A DNA stretch of 36,970 nt from an uncultured Mycoplasmatota bacterium (lineage in GTDB: Bacteria; Bacillota_I; Bacilli_A; RF39; UBA660), in the NCBI GenBank assembly GCA_948437815.1, contig CAOJKG010000001.1, forward strand, positions 1 to 36,970, written 5' to 3'. Every line of letters begins with the position of its first letter. Within the stretch, counting starts at the first letter, position 1. The position numbers were made by a program, and so were the translations under genes. The notes below the pieces were generated by a model, which saw only the letters and a program-made list of their open reading frames with translations, had not been told where the DNA came from and did not search any database. Of this stretch, positions 34,739 through 36,970 are shown piece by piece.

Positions 34739-34773
34739 TATATCATATAAAAAGGGAATTAGGGGGGGATACT

Positions 34774-35781
34774 ATGCAACTTCAAAATGTTAATTTGGCT
34801 GCAAATAATGAATTTGCAAAATTAAGTGCAATAGATTTGTTACTTTTATCACAGGAATTGGATAGTGTTTTTTTAGAGTATCGTGATAGTTTGAATTTAG
34901 AAAGAAAAGTTCGATTTGGTATAGAACTTGAATATGAAGGTACTGAAAGGAAGAATTTTGCAGACTTTCTTAAAAAACAAAATTTAAATTGGAAATCAGT
35001 GGACGATGAAACTTTAGTTTCAGGGGGTGAAGCTGTATCTCCACGTTTACTTGATGAAAGAAAAACTTGGGAGAATTTACAAACAATTTGTCAATATTTG
35101 AAGTCCACCAAAGCAGATACAAGACATAATTCTGGTTTACATATTCATATTGGCGCTCATATTTTAGGAGAAAATATTGATGCTTGGCGTAGATTTGCTA
35201 AATTATATACTATTTATGAACGTGTTTTAATTCGTTTTGGTTTTGGAGATAAAATAAATGCTAGACGTACATTATTTAGTTATGCTAAGCCTGTTGGTTT
35301 GTCATTTTTAGGTACTATACATGATTTAGATCAAAATAGAAGTTTAATGGCCAGTAGAGCTTTTTATAAACAAATATATGATATTAAGAAAAATGCGATT
35401 AATTTACGTAGTTTGGATTTTTTAAAAGCTATTGTTAATATGAATACAATAGAGTTTAGAAATTTTAATTCTACTACTGAAGAGACTATAATTCAAAATG
35501 ATATAAATGCTGTAAGTCATATGGTGCTCGCGGCTGCTAGTAATAATTTAGATGAAGATTTTTTAAATTATAAGCTTAAGCAATTAGAACAACAATGTTT
35601 AAGTGAGAGAGCTTATTTAGAACAATGTAGTCAAATCTTACTTCGTGATATGGCAGAATTAGTGGATTTGATTTTCGATAACAATCAAGATAAAATATAT
35701 TTTATGAGGCAATATGTTAGAAATTTTGAAACTTGTGAAGATCGTGAAGTAAAGGTTGCTAGGGAACTTGTAAGAAAATGA
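34774..35781 (+). CDS. Amidoligase (glutamine-synthetase-like COOH-NH2 ligase, Amidoligase_2 family)
   Basis: The family signature blocks are present: RFGIELEYEG, SGGEAVSPRL, NSGLHIHIGAH and NTIEFRNFNST. The SD contains a G7 run (34762-34768). Confidence 0.7.
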   Translation: MQLQNVNLAANNEFAKLSAIDLLLLSQELDSVFLEYRDSLNLERKVRFGIELEYEGTERKNFADFLKKQNLNWKSVDDETLVSGGEAVSPRLLDERKTWENLQTICQYLKSTKADTRHNSGLHIHIGAHILGENIDAWRRFAKLYTIYERVLIRFGFGDKINARRTLFSYAKPVGLSFLGTIHDLDQNRSLMASRAFYKQIYDIKKNAINLRSLDFLKAIVNMNTIEFRNFNSTTEETIIQNDINAVSHMVLAAASNNLDEDFLNYKLKQLEQQCLSERAYLEQCSQILLRDMAELVDLIFDNNQDKIYFMRQYVRNFETCEDREVKVARELVRK

Positions 35782-36254
35782 AATCAATATATTATATAGC
35801 TTATGGAAGCAATTTGAATTTAGGAAAGTTTATTGAGAGATGTCCTAGTGCTAAACTTTTAGGAACTAGTCTGTTATTGAATAAATCTTTAGTATTTAAA
35901 GGGGATGACGAAGAATATAGTTATTTAACATTAGAAGAGGAATTAGGAAGTACTGTTCCAGTTGCAATATTTGAACTTTCTTATTTTGATTCAATACGAT
36001 TAGATAAATATGAAGGATATCCAATGCTTTACTCTAAAGAGTGGATAGATTTAGATTTGGCTGGAAATTCTATAAGTGCTATGGTTTATATAATGAGGCC
36101 TAGATATAATTATTATTTGCCTTCTTTGCCATATTTCAATTCTTGTCTTCGAGGTTATGATTATTTTGGCTTTGATAAAAAGTTTTTAATTGATGCTGTT
36201 AAAAGAACTATAAATTATGTATCAAATAATGATGATAAAAAATCTAGAAATTGA
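35778..36254 (+). CDS. Gamma-glutamylcyclotransferase-like protein (AIG2/GGCT fold)
   Basis: The start overlaps the amidoligase stop (ATGA at 35778-35781). The N-terminal motif YYIAYGSNLNLGKFIERCP corresponds to the YxxYGSNL GGCT signature. LDKYEGYP is also present further downstream. Confidence 0.7.
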   Translation: MKSIYYIAYGSNLNLGKFIERCPSAKLLGTSLLLNKSLVFKGDDEEYSYLTLEEELGSTVPVAIFELSYFDSIRLDKYEGYPMLYSKEWIDLDLAGNSISAMVYIMRPRYNYYLPSLPYFNSCLRGYDYFGFDKKFLIDAVKRTINYVSNNDDKKSRN

Positions 36255-36353
36255 TAAATAATGTAATTTTTGTTTATTTTGTACTTATTTATTATACTCT
36301 AGTTTTTTATTGGTTAAATTTGTGTAAATATAGTAGAATAAAATTAATTAATA

Positions 36354-36362
36354 TGCTATACT
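36354..36362 (+). promoter_or_regulatory. Putative extended -10 element upstream of the last ORF
   Basis: TGcTATACT (TG 36354-36355, TATACT 36357-36362). The -35 region is weak (TAGAAT). Confidence 0.3.
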
Positions 36363-36384
36363 GATATTGTAGAGGAGGATGTAT

Positions 36385-36894
36385 ATGTCACAAGAAATAA
36401 CATTTGAATTAATGCAACGACAAATGAATTTTTTAGAGAAATATCTAAATGCAGAAGCTCGTTGTGTTTATTGGAATTTAGGAAAACTTGAAGAGGTTTC
36501 TGGAACGTTGAGATTAATAGTTCCTTTTGATAGAATTATTATTGGCAATAGGTCATTATCATTTGTAGATTCTGAAGTTGCGATAGAAGAAATTTATGTT
36601 AATAGTAATTTAGTATATTGTTGTCCTTCGGCTCGTGGATATGAAGGATGCTATGCTTATGACCATTTTGCAATTGTTGGTGCACAACAGGCACTTTTAG
36701 GAAAAAGCGTAAAATTAGATGCTCTTAATGAGACTTATAAAAATGCTCCAGCTGATTTAATAGCTAATTCTGGTGCTATGAAAGGTGGACGAGGATTTCA
36801 TAGAGATGAAAAAAAAGAAGATAATGTAATCAATACAGAAAATCAAGTTACTGCAACTGGAGAAATTTCTGAAGATATTGGTAGAGCTAGATAA
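36385..36894 (+). CDS. Hypothetical protein (169 aa) downstream of the amidoligase-GGCT pair
   Basis: ORF 36379..36894; I prefer ATG 36385 because it is 6 nt after AGAGGAGG. There is no TM segment or signal peptide. It contains 5 Cys including a CC pair. The C-terminus is low-complexity and acidic or polar. Confidence 0.5.
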   Translation: MSQEITFELMQRQMNFLEKYLNAEARCVYWNLGKLEEVSGTLRLIVPFDRIIIGNRSLSFVDSEVAIEEIYVNSNLVYCCPSARGYEGCYAYDHFAIVGAQQALLGKSVKLDALNETYKNAPADLIANSGAMKGGRGFHRDEKKEDNVINTENQVTATGEISEDIGRAR

Positions 36895-36908
36895 TCTAGT
36901 CTTTTTTT
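36887..36908 (+). terminator. Weak terminator-like hairpin plus T-run
   Basis: CTAGA (36887-36891) pairs with TCTAG (36895-36899) around the stop codon, followed by T7 (36902-36908). The stem is short. Confidence 0.35.
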
Positions 36909-36970
36909 ATTTGTCGATAATTTGTCAAATCAAGTGCAACAATTTATAAAATTGTCAATTAACTCATTTG

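Noticed and set aside
1-36970. I looked for CRISPR arrays, rRNA genes, IS elements, integrases, toxin-antitoxin pairs and restriction-modification genes.
   Set aside because: I found no regularly spaced direct repeats, rRNA-like conserved blocks, transposase or recombinase signatures, or methyltransferase/endonuclease pairs on either strand.

Overview
This is a low-GC Firmicute chromosomal segment, roughly 27-32% GC by eye. It uses the standard genetic code: TGG encodes Trp and TGA is used as a stop at 5279-5281 and 35779-35781. The organism looks like a spore-former or a descendant of one, because gpr, spoIIP and a yqxA-like gene are present. Genes are almost all on the + strand. Recognisable housekeeping content is as follows. 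lysS carries a C-terminal tRNA-binding-domain fusion. There is a YfcC-like permease, one tRNA-Asn(GTT) and addB-addA. A lemA/DUF2207 pair is followed by a transglutaminase-like gene and rpsT on the - strand. The rest is murG-murB-divIB-queH and an RlmD/RumA-type rRNA methyltransferase. No rRNA, CRISPR array, transposase or integrase was seen. Three regions stand out. (1) At 4.47-13.6 kb there is a tightly packed eight-gene operon. Its core is Tad-like: a CpaB-like protein, a CpaF/TadA-type secretion ATPase and two TadB/TadC-like platform proteins. It has no Flp-type prepilin, prepilin peptidase or TadZ. In their place it encodes a 1227-aa secreted protein with about 46 cysteines, a type-I anchored partner protein, a small N-anchored protein, and a separately promoted two-TM hairpin protein with a Cys-rich tail. 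This is my best candidate for an undescribed surface or secretion machine. (2) At 24.3-26.5 kb a compositionally foreign insertion splits the conserved rpsT-gpr-spoIIP neighbourhood. It encodes a 581-aa exported protein with a SipW-type signal peptide and a zinc-ribbon miniprotein. (3) At 34.7-36.9 kb there is a translationally coupled amidoligase plus AIG2/GGCT cyclotransferase pair followed by an unknown gene. This neighbourhood has been predicted computationally but remains biochemically uncharacterised. An orphan GspE/PilB-type ATPase (32.2-33.4 kb, - strand) has no partner genes nearby. All calls come from reading the sequence and ORF translations by eye. No searches were run.
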